This document shows, one piece after another, positions 44,726 to 57,510 of a DNA stretch of 64,000 nucleotides. The notes beneath the pieces are model-generated. The model worked only from the letters and a program-made list of their open reading frames with translations. It was not told where the DNA came from and searched no databases. Numbering within the stretch: the first letter of the stretch is position 1; each line of letters begins with the position of its first letter. The stretch comes from the human T2T-CHM13v2.0 reference genome, Homo sapiens, in NCBI RefSeq assembly GCF_009914755.1, contig NC_060932.1; one strand, given 5' to 3'. A program made the translations under genes and the position numbers.

Positions 44726-45799
44726 CTTGCAATGAAGTCCCTGGGCACTCTGTTTATAATAGACTTATTTTTAGCTGTATGCCTAACATTCTAGATAATT
44801 GTATATTTTTTAAAATCTTCTCAACTCTTGGAGGATGGGGACAGTGTCGTGTTAATCCTCTACAGTACCTACAACAGGCATTAAACTAACACCAATGAAT
44901 GTCTGTGAAATGGAATTATTTATCAAATGAACATCTAGAATGTATATGTTCAGCTCTGTTGGGTTGTGCCAATAGCACATTTGGATGAGTCAGTCTTCTT
45001 TGTTAGCTCATTTATTCCACACTTGATTATAAACACTGTCCAAGAAGCCTACATGACCTCCCATAGAAAATGAGGAATAAGTGGGAGAGGCCTGCTGTCC
45101 CAGGGTCCTATAACACTTATGCCAGACCAGTCTTCAGAGAGGCTGGAATCCACCCCCCAGGTGCAAATCTGATATCTGGGCTTGGAAATTTCCATAGTTG
45201 ACTCAAGGTTTCATGGCTGCCTATAAGTAGATCTGAGTTCCCCTTCCATTCTGAAAGTTCTCCCCCAAATGGAGGAGTGAAGCAGCAGATTTCTGCTTTC
45301 TATAAGAATTCTAGAATACTACAAATTCTTTCATAATTCCTCTTGTAGATGATTTGAACATCACTTTCAAGTGGGATGGAAATCAGATAACCATCATGGC
45401 TCTGAGCTTGACATGTGGCCAGCTGGACCACCAGCCTTGTATTTCAATTCCAACTTCTCCATGTGGCTCCCAGCAGGGCTGGTAACTCTCTAGAAATGAG
45501 AGATATATTTTCCTCACTGGACTATTTAAGGTTTCCCTCAACCCCTTAGGAAATAGCAATAGAGTTGATGTCAGAACCATCTCCTTTGCTGTGAAGTTTA
45601 TTGAAGTTATGCACAGTTACATCACCTGTGATGTAATAAATACCACCTCACCACATGGCGTGTGTTGTCTTTTACTTTTAAAGTTTTATTTTTGACTTTT
45701 GTGAAGTGTAGATTAAAAGACCCCTTCAGTTAGTTCAAATCAAAACCATGCCAGTCCCCATATCTCATGCATTCCAAATACCTACATGACTGCTAGTGG

Positions 45800-46235
45800 T
45801 CGTGTCGACTTGGACAGCTGTTTTGGAAATCAATGTGGTAATATTTGTCAAGACTCTTCAGGATCTCAATTACTTTATTTCAGTAATTTCACTTCTAAAA
45901 ATTTACCCAGTGAAAAGAAGTAGAAATGTAGACAAAGACCTATATGTGTGTAGGTATGCATTTGGAAGATCATCTTTTTGGTAAGAGCACAAAGTGGAAA
46001 CAACCTATCTAACAATATCGTGTCATTAAAATGACAGTACATTGGAAGGCTAGGATATAATGCAGCCGCTAAAAATGACATTTATAATGAATGTTTAATG
46101 ATGAGGCGCAATATCATGATGTGACATTAAGTGAAAATGCAGAATATAAAACGGTATGTGGATCTCAACTGTGATATTTTACACATGCATTTGATTAAAA
46201 TGTATTTTTTTCGTAAAAGAACAAGAATTAATATA
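45800..46235 (+). mobile_element. Ancient L1ME 3' end
   Basis: ttttggaaatcaatgtggtaatat..cagtaatttcacttcta..tggaaacaaccta..atgcagccgctaaaaatga. Confidence 0.7.
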
Positions 46236-46249
46236 TGATGGATCTAGGT

Positions 46250-46458
46250 TAATGGTTCCCAACTGGAGGTGATTTTGCCCCCTAGGGCAATGTCTGAGGA
46301 CATTTTTGACTGTGATGCCTTTGAGGAGGGGAGACTGCTGGCCTTGAATTGTAGAGGCTGGAGATGATGTTAAACAGCCTATGAATTGCAGGACAGCCCC
46401 CCGACGGCAGAGAATTTTCCAGCCCAGCATGCCAATGGTGCTGAGTTAGCAAACTCTG
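46250..46458 (+). mobile_element. MER20 hAT-Charlie MITE
   Basis: tggttcccaactggaggtgattttgcccc..ggcaatgtctg..caggacagcccc..ccaatggtgctgag. Confidence 0.85.
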
Positions 46459-46554
46459 TGTCTTCACCTCCTCTCAGACTTTTTCTAACATGAGTAAATT
46501 TCCTCATCTCTTCCTCCCTCTTTTCCTCTCTTTCTTTTTCTCTCTCTTCTCTTT

Positions 46555-46680
46555 CTAATATTTATTAAGGCCTTAGTATAGGCCAGGCGCTGTCTTAAAC
46601 ATTTTACCACGTATTAGCTAATGTTAATACACAACAGCCTCATGAGGTAGGAACTGTTATTGTCATCCTAGGTGAGATAA
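46555..46680 (-). mobile_element. MIR SINE fragment
   Basis: tttattaagg..gccaggcgctg..cacaacagcctcatgaggtagg. Confidence 0.65.
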
Positions 46681-47342
46681 CCTTTCAAACTGTTTTGTGG
46701 TTTCAAAATAATTAATCAAGAGTGCTTAGTAGCACAGTGTCTGATACACAGATAAATACATACATACATATATGTGCATGTGTATGTATACACATACACA
46801 GAAGGAGTGTATATGTTACCTGTGCATATTATGGCAAGATTATAGAAATGACTAGTTTTGGACAATGGAATTGGAAAAAAGTTTTGTGTTTTTTCTTTAT
46901 ACTTTATATTTTTCTATATTCACACATTTCTATATTTCCACATTTTCTTCCATACACATAATTTATTTTTGTTACCTAGACAACCTGATAGTATATTAGA
47001 GCCCCAGAGGGCTTAAGGGCTGTCTATGAGAGGAACAGTCCCTGTTACATGAGAAAGTTTAAAGACACTCTATTCCCATCAAGCCACATACTTCACTAAA
47101 ATAGAGCACTGGATCACATTGTCAAAACAAAACTTCAGCTTCCTCTGATTCAAGGCAGTCAGCATTAGGGCCACAGATCCTCTTGTAGCAATCAATTTGC
47201 TTGTTATATTTTGCCACGGCTACCTCCCTTGGGATTAATCATTTCCTATTGATCTCATTATGCAACAGAAATCTTTTTCATTTATCCTTTGAATGACCCT
47301 TCTCATTTCCTCTCAGTCAAATAACACTCTAGTAGGGCAGAC

Positions 47343-47512
47343 GTAGGGTTTTCAACTTTGTTTACATATCAGATTTATCTGGGGAGCCCTTAAGAAATAA
47401 AAATGACCCATCCCTATCTTGAGAGATTATGATTTGACTTCTCTGGAGCTGAGCACTATATTTTTAAACTTCCTAGAGCTTTTCATATGCAGCCAGGTTT
47501 GAGAATCACTGC
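47343..47512. mobile_element. MER5-like hAT-Charlie MITE
   Basis: ggttttcaacttt..atcaga..ctggggagc..atgcagccaggtttgagaatcactg. Confidence 0.7.
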
Positions 47513-47779
47513 CCGAGCTATAGTCATGCTTACAATTTTTGAACTGGCCCAAAGAAGAGGGAATTAACCTTTCAGATGCAGCCTACATCAAGGAAGCTGC
47601 CTGCTGTTAGGGGAACAGGATACCTGCAGAGGCTCCGGTCCTGACAATGCCTTCAGCTCCACCTCCCACCAAAGACCTGTGTGGTGTCAGCAGCAGCCCC
47701 ATTTGCAGGTGAGGACAGAACTTAGAGCCCTGACTGTTGGGACCCTCTCCACCTAAAATGCAACCCCCTGAGGTGCTGA

Positions 47780-47915
47780 GGAGCACACCAGAGCCTTCTT
47801 CCACTTGCCAGCCCTTCAGCTATTTACAGGTGGGCCTCACATCCCTCCACAGTCTTCTCTGCCCCTCCAGATAAACATTCCCAGTTTCTTCAACCATCTC
47901 TCAGGGGATAAACAT
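47780..47915 (-). mobile_element. L3/CR1 relic
   Basis: cagcccttcagctattt..agtcttctct..ccagataaacattcccagtttcttcaacc. Confidence 0.5.
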
Positions 47916-48059
47916 GCTCCTCACACATTCTGTTTCTCCTGGTTCCTGCTTTCTATCAAACAAGTTGTTTATATCACCTGGCTGATCCTTGCCATATGTT
48001 ACTGCTCATTTCTGGAGTCTGAATAGTCTGGCTAATTATCATTTCTCCCATGGGCAGAA

Positions 48060-48458
48060 CTTCCCAGAGCAGGTTATCTGCAATGGAAGCAGTGATGCAG
48101 CACCCACATGTCCCAGAGGAAGGGTTGTCAGCTGACAGCTCACAGCTGGATCACGCTGGGGGATTTTTTTTCTTTCCCCTGGAGAAAATGCATCTAATGA
48201 CTGATTGAGATGACGAACAGAAGTCTGGCCCTTTGCGTAAGTATGAAAGGTCTTTGAAGGGCCTTGTCAACTTCTGCACTCCCCATGGAATCAGCTGAGA
48301 TCTCTGTTTCAACTGTATGGCAAGTTAACCTTGCCCTCTGCCCAATTCTGCTTCCTTTATCACTTAGGTTGCTGATCCTGACAGTGCACCATGATAAACC
48401 TTCTGCATAGATATTTTCATCTCGGGGCCTGTTTCCCAGAGAGCCCAACCTAAAGACA
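48060..48458 (+). mobile_element. LTR16C-like ERVL solo LTR
   Basis: ttgtcagctgacagc..ccctctgcccaattctgcttcc..tctcggggcctgtttcccagagagcccaacctaaagaca. Confidence 0.75.
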
Positions 48459-48779
48459 CCTGCTCGTCAATGCAAAATGAGCCTGTGAATTAACTGCCTT
48501 GAGTCAGATAGTTAGAACTCATGGTTGGCCATAACTTTCTTTAGGAAAAAACAGCCTAGGGACAAGGATAGAGCTGTTTCCTTTACAAAGGGGGGATAGG
48601 AAGGCCTGTCTCCATGACCATACCAGAAGAAAATGCTTTCGAATTCCTTTGCCACCCTGACTCCCTTCTCTGCTTCACTTTTGGTGGTTTCAAAGGTCTT
48701 ATATAGGACTAGAAACTTCAGACGGGATCTGGATAGTGGAGAATGGAGATGGAACCTCACACCATAAATAATTGCCACT

Positions 48780-49370
48780 AATTTATGTACTATTCTAGCT
48801 CCAATAGCTACAGTCCTGTGTTTATTAGCCTAAATAGGACCTGAAGTTGTGTTGTGATCTTGGCTAGCCTTGTTTCTCTGACTATATCTCCTGACATAAT
48901 CCTGTGTTGCACCCATTGCGATAGCTTGTATACTCTATTTACTTTAGTATAGCCAGTATATGCCATAGCCATAGTATAGGTTGTGCTGTCTGTAACTGAA
49001 GTTGCCACCTGGCTTGAACCTCTTTTTCTTTTCGCCAGCTATTTCCCCTGCCCACTTCAGTCAGCCTGAACAACTTCTGTACTTCCTTGACACCTCAATT
49101 CACTCATCACCTTCTTCTACATTCTTAGCACCTTTGCTGACCTCTTTAAGCTTAGATGGGTCATCCCCACTTTGTGCTCCCACCCTAGTTGCCCTGCAGA
49201 CCTCCATCACAGCATTTGCCATTTTTCTTTGCAGGACCCTATCCTTCAGGGCACTGGTCACATCCCATCCACCTTTGTACCTCTAGCAGCTAGCGCAGTG
49301 GTCACATCTCATCCACCTTTGTACCTCTAGCAGCTAGCGCAGTGCCTAGGACATAGACAGTGGAATTAGA
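48780..49370 (+). mobile_element. L2 3' region relic
   Basis: ttgtgatcttggc..cacagcatttgcc..tttgtacctctagc..agtgcctaggacatag. Confidence 0.5.
49257..49344 (+). repeat. 44-bp direct tandem duplication
   Basis: Units 49257-49300 and 49301-49344 differ at one base. Confidence 0.95.
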
Positions 49371-49639
49371 GTAAACTAAACTCAAATTTTATAGTTCTAA
49401 TTTTGAGACTTTCAGCCTATTAGAGAGATACCAGCTCTGCCAACCTACCACATTGCCTTGTGATACATTAGGCAACTTTGCAAGCAGTTTCAAAGTTTCC
49501 GTTTTGTGACTGACCTAACTAACTCCTCCCTAAACCCACAGGAGGGAAGTGTGAAATGGGCTCGATGTTTACAGTAACAAAACTAGACATGCAAGTTGCT
49601 TCTGTTTGTTTTGATTCAGAAATATTTCAGCACAGAGCA

Positions 49640-50600
49640 TTGGATTAAGGGGGATGCCTGGCGGAGGTGAACCATGTGATCATCCTGACTTTATGTTTGT
49701 GGCTACTCCTGAATCATGGCTTAGGAAAGGGGAATCCAAGCAGAGCACAGCAGGTTTGCTAAACTGGGGAGGCAGAGATTAGAGTTTAAAGTTTACAAAG
49801 TTTCAGGATGACAGAGAGAACAGAGCTGCATAAAAGAGCAGCTCCAGAAATTTATGTATCAGTCCCCTTAAGGCACTGGATGCAATTAAAGTATACATGT
49901 TTAGGGCAAGACTACCCAACCTTTGGCAAAAACAACTTCTGGAGAGCTACAAGATGAGCAGAGATCATTGATGATACACAGTGCTGAGAAATATAGGTGT
50001 TCCAATAATCCAGAGTGGAGAGAAGACCTCAACTGAGATCCAGAAAGACTACATCTGAGAAGCAGGGTTCCTCTCATCCTAGAGTAAGAGTACTCTAGAA
50101 CGACTCTAGCAAAGCTTAACAACAAGCCTTAAAAGATCAATCTAATCTTCCAGCAAATTAACTGTCCGCAATAACAAAACTTAGCATTCTCTGAAAAAAA
50201 CAACAAAATGCAGACTCTCAATGTAGCGTCACAATGTCTAGAATACAATAAAAATTTATAGACAAACGTAGAAGCAGGAAAATGCAATCTATGCAAACAT
50301 AGCTAATGAAAGCTGATCCTAAGATGACTCAGATGTTGGGTCAAGAATTTTAAAGCAGCTTTATAAATATGTTCGAGTACATAAAGGAAAATGTAGTGAT
50401 AATAAATTAACAGACGTGGAATCTTAACAGAGCAATGTAAATTATAAAAAGGAACCAAATTAAAATTTTAGAACTATAAAGTACAATATCTGATGTAAAA
50501 CATTAACTGATGGGCTTAACAACCAACTGGAGACAACAGAAGAAAGGACTAATAAACTTTTACAAATTAATAGAAATTTTTCAGCAGAAAACAGCTGGCA
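49640..50600 (+). mobile_element. Ancient L1M 5' UTR/ORF1 relic
   Basis: agcagctccagaaat..agaagcaggaaaatg..aagatgactcagatgttgg..ttttaaagcagct..aaaggaaccaaa..ctgatgggcttaaca. Confidence 0.7.
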
Positions 50601-50658
50601 GAAGTGTCAATATCTGGTAAAACTAATATTTATTTTAATATTAGTTTTGCCTTAAAAT

Positions 50659-50661
<3 letters not shown>

Positions 50662-50691
<30 letters not shown>
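50662..50691 (+). repeat. (TC)15 microsatellite
   Basis: Read directly from sequence. Confidence 0.9.
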
Positions 50692-50693
<2 letters not shown>

Positions 50694-50714
50694 CTCAGTT
50701 CTCTCTTTTTCTTT

Positions 50715-50890
50715 CTATTTCACAGTGATAACTCCAATTTTAATTTAGCACCATAGGGTTGATTCTAGCTTTCTCTTTCCTATATTTGTCACTCCCTTCT
50801 CTGACGGTGCAAAATCTAGGTCCCATTTTCTTTAATACTATTACTTATTGGATCAATCCTCCACATATGTTTCAATCATATGTATCCCAC
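50715..50890 (-). mobile_element. L1MC-like 3' UTR relic
   Basis: ccatagggttgattctagctttctc..atatttgtcactcccttctctgacggtg. Confidence 0.55.
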
Positions 50891-51774
50891 ACCATCACCA
50901 CCCTCTCTCTTGTGCAGGTGCCCTCCTCACTCTGCTTAGGCTCTGAAAGCCCATGCCAAACCACTGCCCTCTGTGGACACTGCCCTTAACATTCTCTAGC
51001 TTAGCTGCCTCATTGTGTTTCCTCCCCAACCCTTGCAAGTGGAAGACTCAACATTATTAGACCACTTGGATTTATGAAACATGCCAGACTCACTTGCATT
51101 TCTGCCCATCCTCAATTTTTCATTCCCTTTGCATGGAATATCCTCTCTGACATGACCAATGGGCAGAGTCCTCTTTTTAAATTTGAGTTTAAATATTTCC
51201 TAATCTTCAAAGCCTTCTTCTGTGCTGGGGATGGTTGCAATGCTCCTTTATCCTAGTCTTAATCTTGCATGCCCCTCCACTGCCCAGGTATTTCCAGACC
51301 CTTGTGCACCCTGGTGCACTCTGAATTCCTTGCAGGGTGAGCATCATCAGCATCTCACACATCAAAGATGCCTGATGGTGTGGCCACCGAAACTTACCCC
51401 TGTTGCAGCAGCACCAGGGATGTGAGAATGGCTGTGTATGGCGAACAATGTGTGAAGTTAATACACCAGCTTCAAGCGTGTTTTGGGGCACCTGCATATC
51501 TATCTCTCATGCCTTCCGCTCTACTGTGACGGGTCAGTTTCCACCCCCTGCCGCTTCATTGCTGGAGGATCCTAATAAATTCAAGATCATTTTACTCCTT
51601 AGTTGTTTTTCAGGCTTTGGACAAAGTCTGCTACCCACAGTGCAGTTTTTGTCCTATCAAATAACTTGGGAATAATTCTGTCTTCACAGTTAAATGAATA
51701 TGAACCTTTGAAATCCATAAAATAAATAGAATGAAAATTTAGCCCATCAGATTTGGCAGCTTCAAAAAACTCAC

Positions 51775-51812
51775 CTAAACTTTCTTGTGCCTCTTGGATT
51801 CCAGTTTCCAGC
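51775..51812 (-). other. Candidate 38-nt exon
   Basis: - strand gtctctcattccccgcctcag|GCTGGAAA...GTTTAG|gtgagt. Confidence 0.3.
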
Positions 51813-52299
51813 CTGAGGCGGGGAATGAGAGACAAGCTGATGTATTTAATACTCATGAGAACCACACCAAGGTTGGAAAGGGAACCCCAAGAGAAAGGTT
51901 GTGTGAAGAAATAGGTGAGAAGGGCCTTCTTTCTGCCTCTGAACATAACACGCAGGAAGAGGCTGGTTTTTAGTTTGGGGCTAGTCTGCATTTCTTCAAG
52001 GGGCAAAGTAAAGAAAGAGGTTTTGGTTGCAGGATTCAGGATTCCCTGAAAGATAAGGGTGAAACACTCCCTCTCCCCACCTAAGCCGCCACCATCTTGG
52101 GGCAGCCACCATCAGATCTCTCTAGAATCCTGAGGGGCCTCTCACCTGGCCTGCCTGATTTGAATCTCTCTCCACTTTGATCAGGTAACTTGTCTCTTTC
52201 AGGTATCTGGGCTGCTGACCCAATAAAATGGAGCCCCTGTGACCTGCTTTCAGGGCTTTCACAACTGGTCCCGCATGACGACCCTGCCTGACAACCCCA

Positions 52300-52470
52300 A
52301 CTTGGCTTCAGCCTTCCTCTTGCTGGATGACTTCAGCAAGTCAGACACTCTCCATGCATGTGCCTTCTCGTTTATAAAACAAAGACAGGATTATTGTGAG
52401 AATCAAATAAAATAATGGATATAAGCATTTGTTGATTGTCAAGTGTTAAAAAAGTTGTTATAGTTATTGT
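52300..52470 (+). mobile_element. MIR SINE
   Basis: gctggatgacttcagcaagtca..ggattattgtgagaatcaaataaaataatg. Confidence 0.6.
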
Positions 52471-53699
52471 TGTTATTACAAAAACTCAATGAGACATGTT
52501 AAAATGAGTTTCTCAGTGGTTTGGATAGTTAAATATTATAAAAATTACTTGAGAGACATGTGGAGCCTCTTTGAGTGGATCATAAAATCAAAAACTGAGA
52601 AAGACCGTGGTGGTGATTAAATCTACCACCCCAAACCATGGCTTTATGATGACTATCAGTATCTTAGGGTTAAGTACATGCCTTTATCAGTTCTATGACA
52701 TATGGAGCCTAAAGGAAGTCCAGGATCTTGCAATCTAATCCTGAAAATTCATAAATGAGGAAAGAGAGCCCCCAAACAGCATGGTTTGCTCAACGTTGTA
52801 CAGCTAGCAGAAGTGCAAATAATAATAAAAGTAAAGGACAGTACACTTTCAGTGAAACGCCATTCTTACATGACCTCACTCCGGCTTCAGAACTGCTCAG
52901 GACGGACATTAACTAGCTTGCCAGAGTTTCTCAGATACTCATTTTTCAAGCCAATCCCTGAAGATAGGCTACAGACATTCTTCAAAAACCAAACAAACAA
53001 AACCAAACAAAAATTCTTTAAAGGTTTCTCCCCCCATCCAAAAATGGAGATTTAAATGTTCAGGGAAACCATGTGCTGCTTTTATCTATTTTATGATAAT
53101 GTTGGGGTTTTGCTAAAGACTCCCTTTGAAACACAGGGTCTGCTACTGAAAATGCTATGAAAATCATTGATCTAGAAGAAAACAAGTATGTGAAGGGAGC
53201 AAGGATAAGACTGCATGCAGATGGGTTTGTATGTAAGTGTAGAGGGGTGGCGTGTATTCAGATGGGAGCAGGGGAAAAGTCAATGTATTCATCAGATATT
53301 TTTCAAGTCCCTAACATGTAAATGTGTCAACAATGGGAAGTGGATTTTACAGTTCCCCAAGTACACCAGAAAGTATTTTCTATGCCACTCTCTGTTGCTA
53401 AAGCTCTTTCATAAGGCCTCCTGCCCTTGTCTAGCCAAGTCATCTGCAGAACACACATGGCTCTATTCTATGAGGACAGATGGATTTAGCCCTCAGGTAG
53501 GAGCAATGAACACAGGTTACTCTCTATGTTCCTATGGATGTTGCCATTGAAGTGCTCTCATGAGGAAACATATCAGGGAGTCCTTTTATTTTATCTTTTA
53601 TTTTTGATAAGGGCTTTCTCTTAGAAAGAGAAGAGAGAATGCTGTGGATAATTCCAGTCAATGGGGCTCCAACATTTTTTATGTAAGAAAAACTTAAGA

Positions 53700-53935
53700 T
53701 ACTGTTTTATAAACTGCCTTGTCCCATGACCTACAGTAAAAAATGTAGTTTACATTATACTCCAATATGCACACATGCACACAAAAGACATAAAACAGAA
53801 CCAAATATATTATACAATACTCACTACAGGCAATGCACTCATTCCATTCTATACTCTATAATTTTTGAACATCTGGAAAGTACCCACTAAATTGACTTGA
53901 GCATCCACTAATATAGCTTGTAGTTTTAAAATATT
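53700..53935. mobile_element. Charlie4-like hAT DNA transposon relic
   Basis: catgacctacagtaaaaaat..cccactaaattgacttg..ccactaat..gtagttttaaaa. Confidence 0.55.
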
Positions 53936-54519
53936 TACTAAAGGGCAACAATCTGAAAGTTGGCAGCTAGAGGACTAATCTTAAAACTGGTTTTGCACTG
54001 CGTGTGACAGTAGATTGAGACTATGTCACTGTCCATATCAGTGAAGGGAACAGGTAGAGATTATGGGGGAGCTTTTCACCTCCACTAGCTCCATGTCTCT
54101 CTCTGGCATGGCCACTGGTGCTGATGACGTATCGGCACCTGCTGATTTGCCACACATCGACTCCCCAAAGTGTTCCCAGAACAGAGTAACCAGGTTGGGA
54201 GGGGACTTCATATCTGGTCTTCTGAGGAGCTGGGTACTTAGGGGAAGAGGTGGCTTGGGGCAGTTGAGCATGGTTTGAGCATGGACTTCCAAGGACAGGG
54301 TCAGGAGGAAGTATGGAGACTCTAGGGAGAGGGACTGGGGTGCCCTGTGAAGGTGGGACCTTTTTGCAAGCCATCACTGCCTTCAGGGGCTGAGTGCCCA
54401 GGGAGGGAGTCAGTGTGGGGAGAGCAGAAGCCGTGAAGAGGCACTTCCAGGCAGGCTGTGCTGAGCCTAAATGCGTATTTCCTGCCTCTTTTGTGATGGT
54501 TATCTATCTACTGATTGTT

Positions 54520-54745
54520 AATATTAGCTGATTGTACAAAGAAGTCATTAGGTGTCAAGAGCTGTTCTAAGTGCTCTATATATAAAAACTCATGCAAGCC
54601 ACACAAGAACCCAGGAGGTAGGATTTATTATTATCATCCTGCTTTACAATTGAGGAAATGGAAGCCTGGAGAGATTAATTGCCCAAGATTGCCAATTCAG
54701 GTTTGACCTCATGTGTCGGGCTCAAGAGCTCCCCATTCACCACAG
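54520..54745 (-). mobile_element. MIR SINE
   Basis: tgttctaagtgct..cacaagaacccaggaggtagg..tttacaattgaggaaa..ttgcccaag. Confidence 0.7.
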
Positions 54746-55169
54746 ATCCATGTGGATTTTTGCAGGGCAGCCACGTGCCCAGCATGCTGGCTGACACAGG
54801 TCAGGGACTGGGTGGACTCACCATTACCTGTAATTGTTCTCTTATAGCACAAACTATGAAGCAGGGATTGACAAGATGTAAGGCTGCAGAGACAGAGGAC
54901 ATGCGTGATACTCTGGGCCATCTACATCCTGCCTGAAACCTTATACTCTAGTCTATAGGTTGGGGTTTTCTAAAACACGGGTTCTGAAGGACAGGATCAA
55001 ATATGTTTTTAAAATATTAGGGTTAAAAAAATTAAATAGGTTCCTGCTATGCAGGTTCAGTCAACACTTGAGGCTGGGGTGAGAATATAGCCTACAACAT
55101 TCCCTTCCAGTATTCTAGGCTCTTGGCAGCACTGATGAGAGAACAACTCCTCCAGGCATCAGAAGTTAT

Positions 55170-55330
55170 CTTGAGGTCTGACATGGGGGCAGTGATATGA
55201 GGGGCTTGCATTTTAGAAAGATCATTCTGGTTTCAGAGTAGAAAAAGGATAGTGTGGGAGGCTGGGTGGAGGTGGAGGGACGTTGCTCGGAAGACCCATT
55301 GGGAGGCACATCCACCAATTCTGGGTGAAA
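55170..55330 (-). mobile_element. L2 relic
   Basis: gcagtgatatga..ttgcattttagaaagatcattctgg. Confidence 0.55.
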
Positions 55331-56604
55331 AATGCTTAGGTAAATAGAAGATAATCCGTATATGCTACAATGATGTATGAGGAGCATTTGTGGATGGGAA
55401 GGATTGCAACATGTGTTAATTTTCAAATGTAATTGTACGTGTTGTGGAAAGGAAACAGCCCAATTAGAGCATCCTAAGGTGAAGATAATTATATTTTGGA
55501 CCTTTCATTTTCCTAGAAACAGAGCACATGGATTATGGCCTCTTTCCCCGATATGAACATTGTCAGAAAGTAAAAACGAAAAAGCTATTCCTTGTGGTTG
55601 ACTTACAGGCATTCTCTCTAGTCCTTCTTCAGGTTGATAAGAAACTAAGAACCTGACCCCTTGACTGCATTCTTTAGAAATAGAGGAAAGATTGTATCCC
55701 TTGATGATGTCTGTCAGCTTGAGAGAGCTATGAATCACAGCAAAATGGCATTTTATATTTAGTTATTCATTTCCCATTCAAATCCAGGTGACAAATCTTG
55801 TGCAAAACAGCTCCGTATGACTCACATCAACTTTTAAAGATGTTGGTAACGAAGTCTGACGAATCGTTATTGACCCAGCTTTGAGAGTGTACACAGTTTA
55901 TCTCAGCTATTAATAAGATATGCAATCTTCATCTGGTTCAGAACATAATTATTATTATTTTCTCCCTCGTCATGACTCTCATGACAAGAGGGAAGATGTA
56001 TTCCTGACTTAACAGAGCGTCTGTGAGCTATGTCGAAAGAAATGCTTCTGGATTTTACCACATCTAGAAGTCTTGGAATGGATTCTAGATATAAGACAAA
56101 AGTGAGGAACACATAAAAATGGGCATGTTACAATAATAATAATTTTATTATTAATAGATCAATAATTTATTAATGTTAAAATTTATATAATAAAAAGTGC
56201 AACAGGTTGAAGAGATGCTAAACATACAGGTGGTTCAGAATCACCCCATTGTTGTTTCTTGTGGCTCAAGCCTGGGTTTTTTTCTATCATCCCCTCTGAT
56301 TGGTTGTGCCAAATCTGACCTTTGTTATTTAATTAGTTAACTCATTTTTTGAATGGATAGGTATTCAGAAAACATATTAGGTGCTGGAATATGAAGCTGG
56401 ATAAGGCCTGGTTACCAGCTAAGAAGGTGCTCACAGCCCCAGGGAGAAGTCCATGATACTCACAATTCACCTTGATTCTGCATAGATTTAGGTAGGCATA
56501 TGCGACCACAGAGAAGAGACTGAGCAATTTTGTGTGTGTGTAGATTCCCCTCAGATTTCAGAGAGGAACAGATATTTGATTTTCAGTACAGCACAGTAAT
56601 TAAA

Positions 56605-56800
56605 TCACAGAATTGGGAGTTAGTGGCTTGGGCTTGAGTCTTAGGTTAGAAACTTTGGACATGGTGTTTACCTTTCTAGCTCTCACCTTTTTCTTTTGTA
56701 AAATGGGACTCATCATCTTTGCAGTAAAGGGAGGCTTAAATGAGCCTATATGAACAGGCTCACAAGAACACATGAAAAGCATTTAGTAGTGTGTTTGGAG
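56605..56800 (+). mobile_element. MIR SINE
   Basis: ggagttag..ctttggacatg..ttttcttttgtaaaatggga..gaggcttaaatgag. Confidence 0.6.
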
Positions 56801-57194
56801 AGTCATACTGAAGACCTGCTTTCTGAATGAGTAAATGAATACTCACTCTGGGTCAGGCATTTGGCAGACTTAGAAACCCCCTGCCAAGCATGAGCTGGAG
56901 GAGTTGGACGGACTTGAATCTAGACCATGAGACCTCCACACTGGCATCAACAGCTGTCTCTCTGGTGTCCATATGCATATGTATCTTGGTGCAATATGAG
57001 AGATGGCTTCTTCAGCTATTTTCTCTTCTGTCCTTGCCTGCTCCCTGCTTCACCTTGTTTGTGTCATTATCAATCTGATCCTTACATGCATTCAGTGGCA
57101 CATAAAAGACAACGCAAGTAATGAGAGTTTCACCACCAATGGATTTTTTTTTAATCTCACGTTAAACTGTTTTGTTGGAAATCATTAAAAACCA

Positions 57195-57510
57195 GTGCCT
57201 ACCATGCCATCTCCATGTTTGATGTTGTGACTCATCCTCATGGTCACATGAAAGCTGCTGCATCTCCAGGCCTGCTATCTACATTCTAAACAAGAACAAG
57301 AGAGAAAGGCACAGGAGCAAAATGAATGGATGCTGGGCTGAAGTGTATGCTAGCTGGGTCTCTCTTAAAGTGTTCTACCCAGGGACTTCTGATATTCCAC
57401 AGGGCAGACTGGGCCATATGATCACTACTATCTATAAAGGAGTCTGAAAAGGAAGGCAAGGAGACAAGGAGTTGTGTGGTTTGGGGGTTGCCCTAACATG
57501 GTGTGTGTAA
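57195..57510 (-). mobile_element. Old MaLR LTR (MLT1J/K-like)
   Basis: cctcatggtcaca..gctgctgcatctccagg..ctgggccatatg..aaaggagtctg. Confidence 0.55.

Noticed and set aside
49257-49344. Direct repeats resembling a CRISPR array
   Set aside because: Only two adjacent copies with no spacer, in primate L2 context.
55607-55671. - strand 65-nt exon-like segment
   Set aside because: Weak AAG acceptor and CCT|GT donor context; probably a pseudo-exon.
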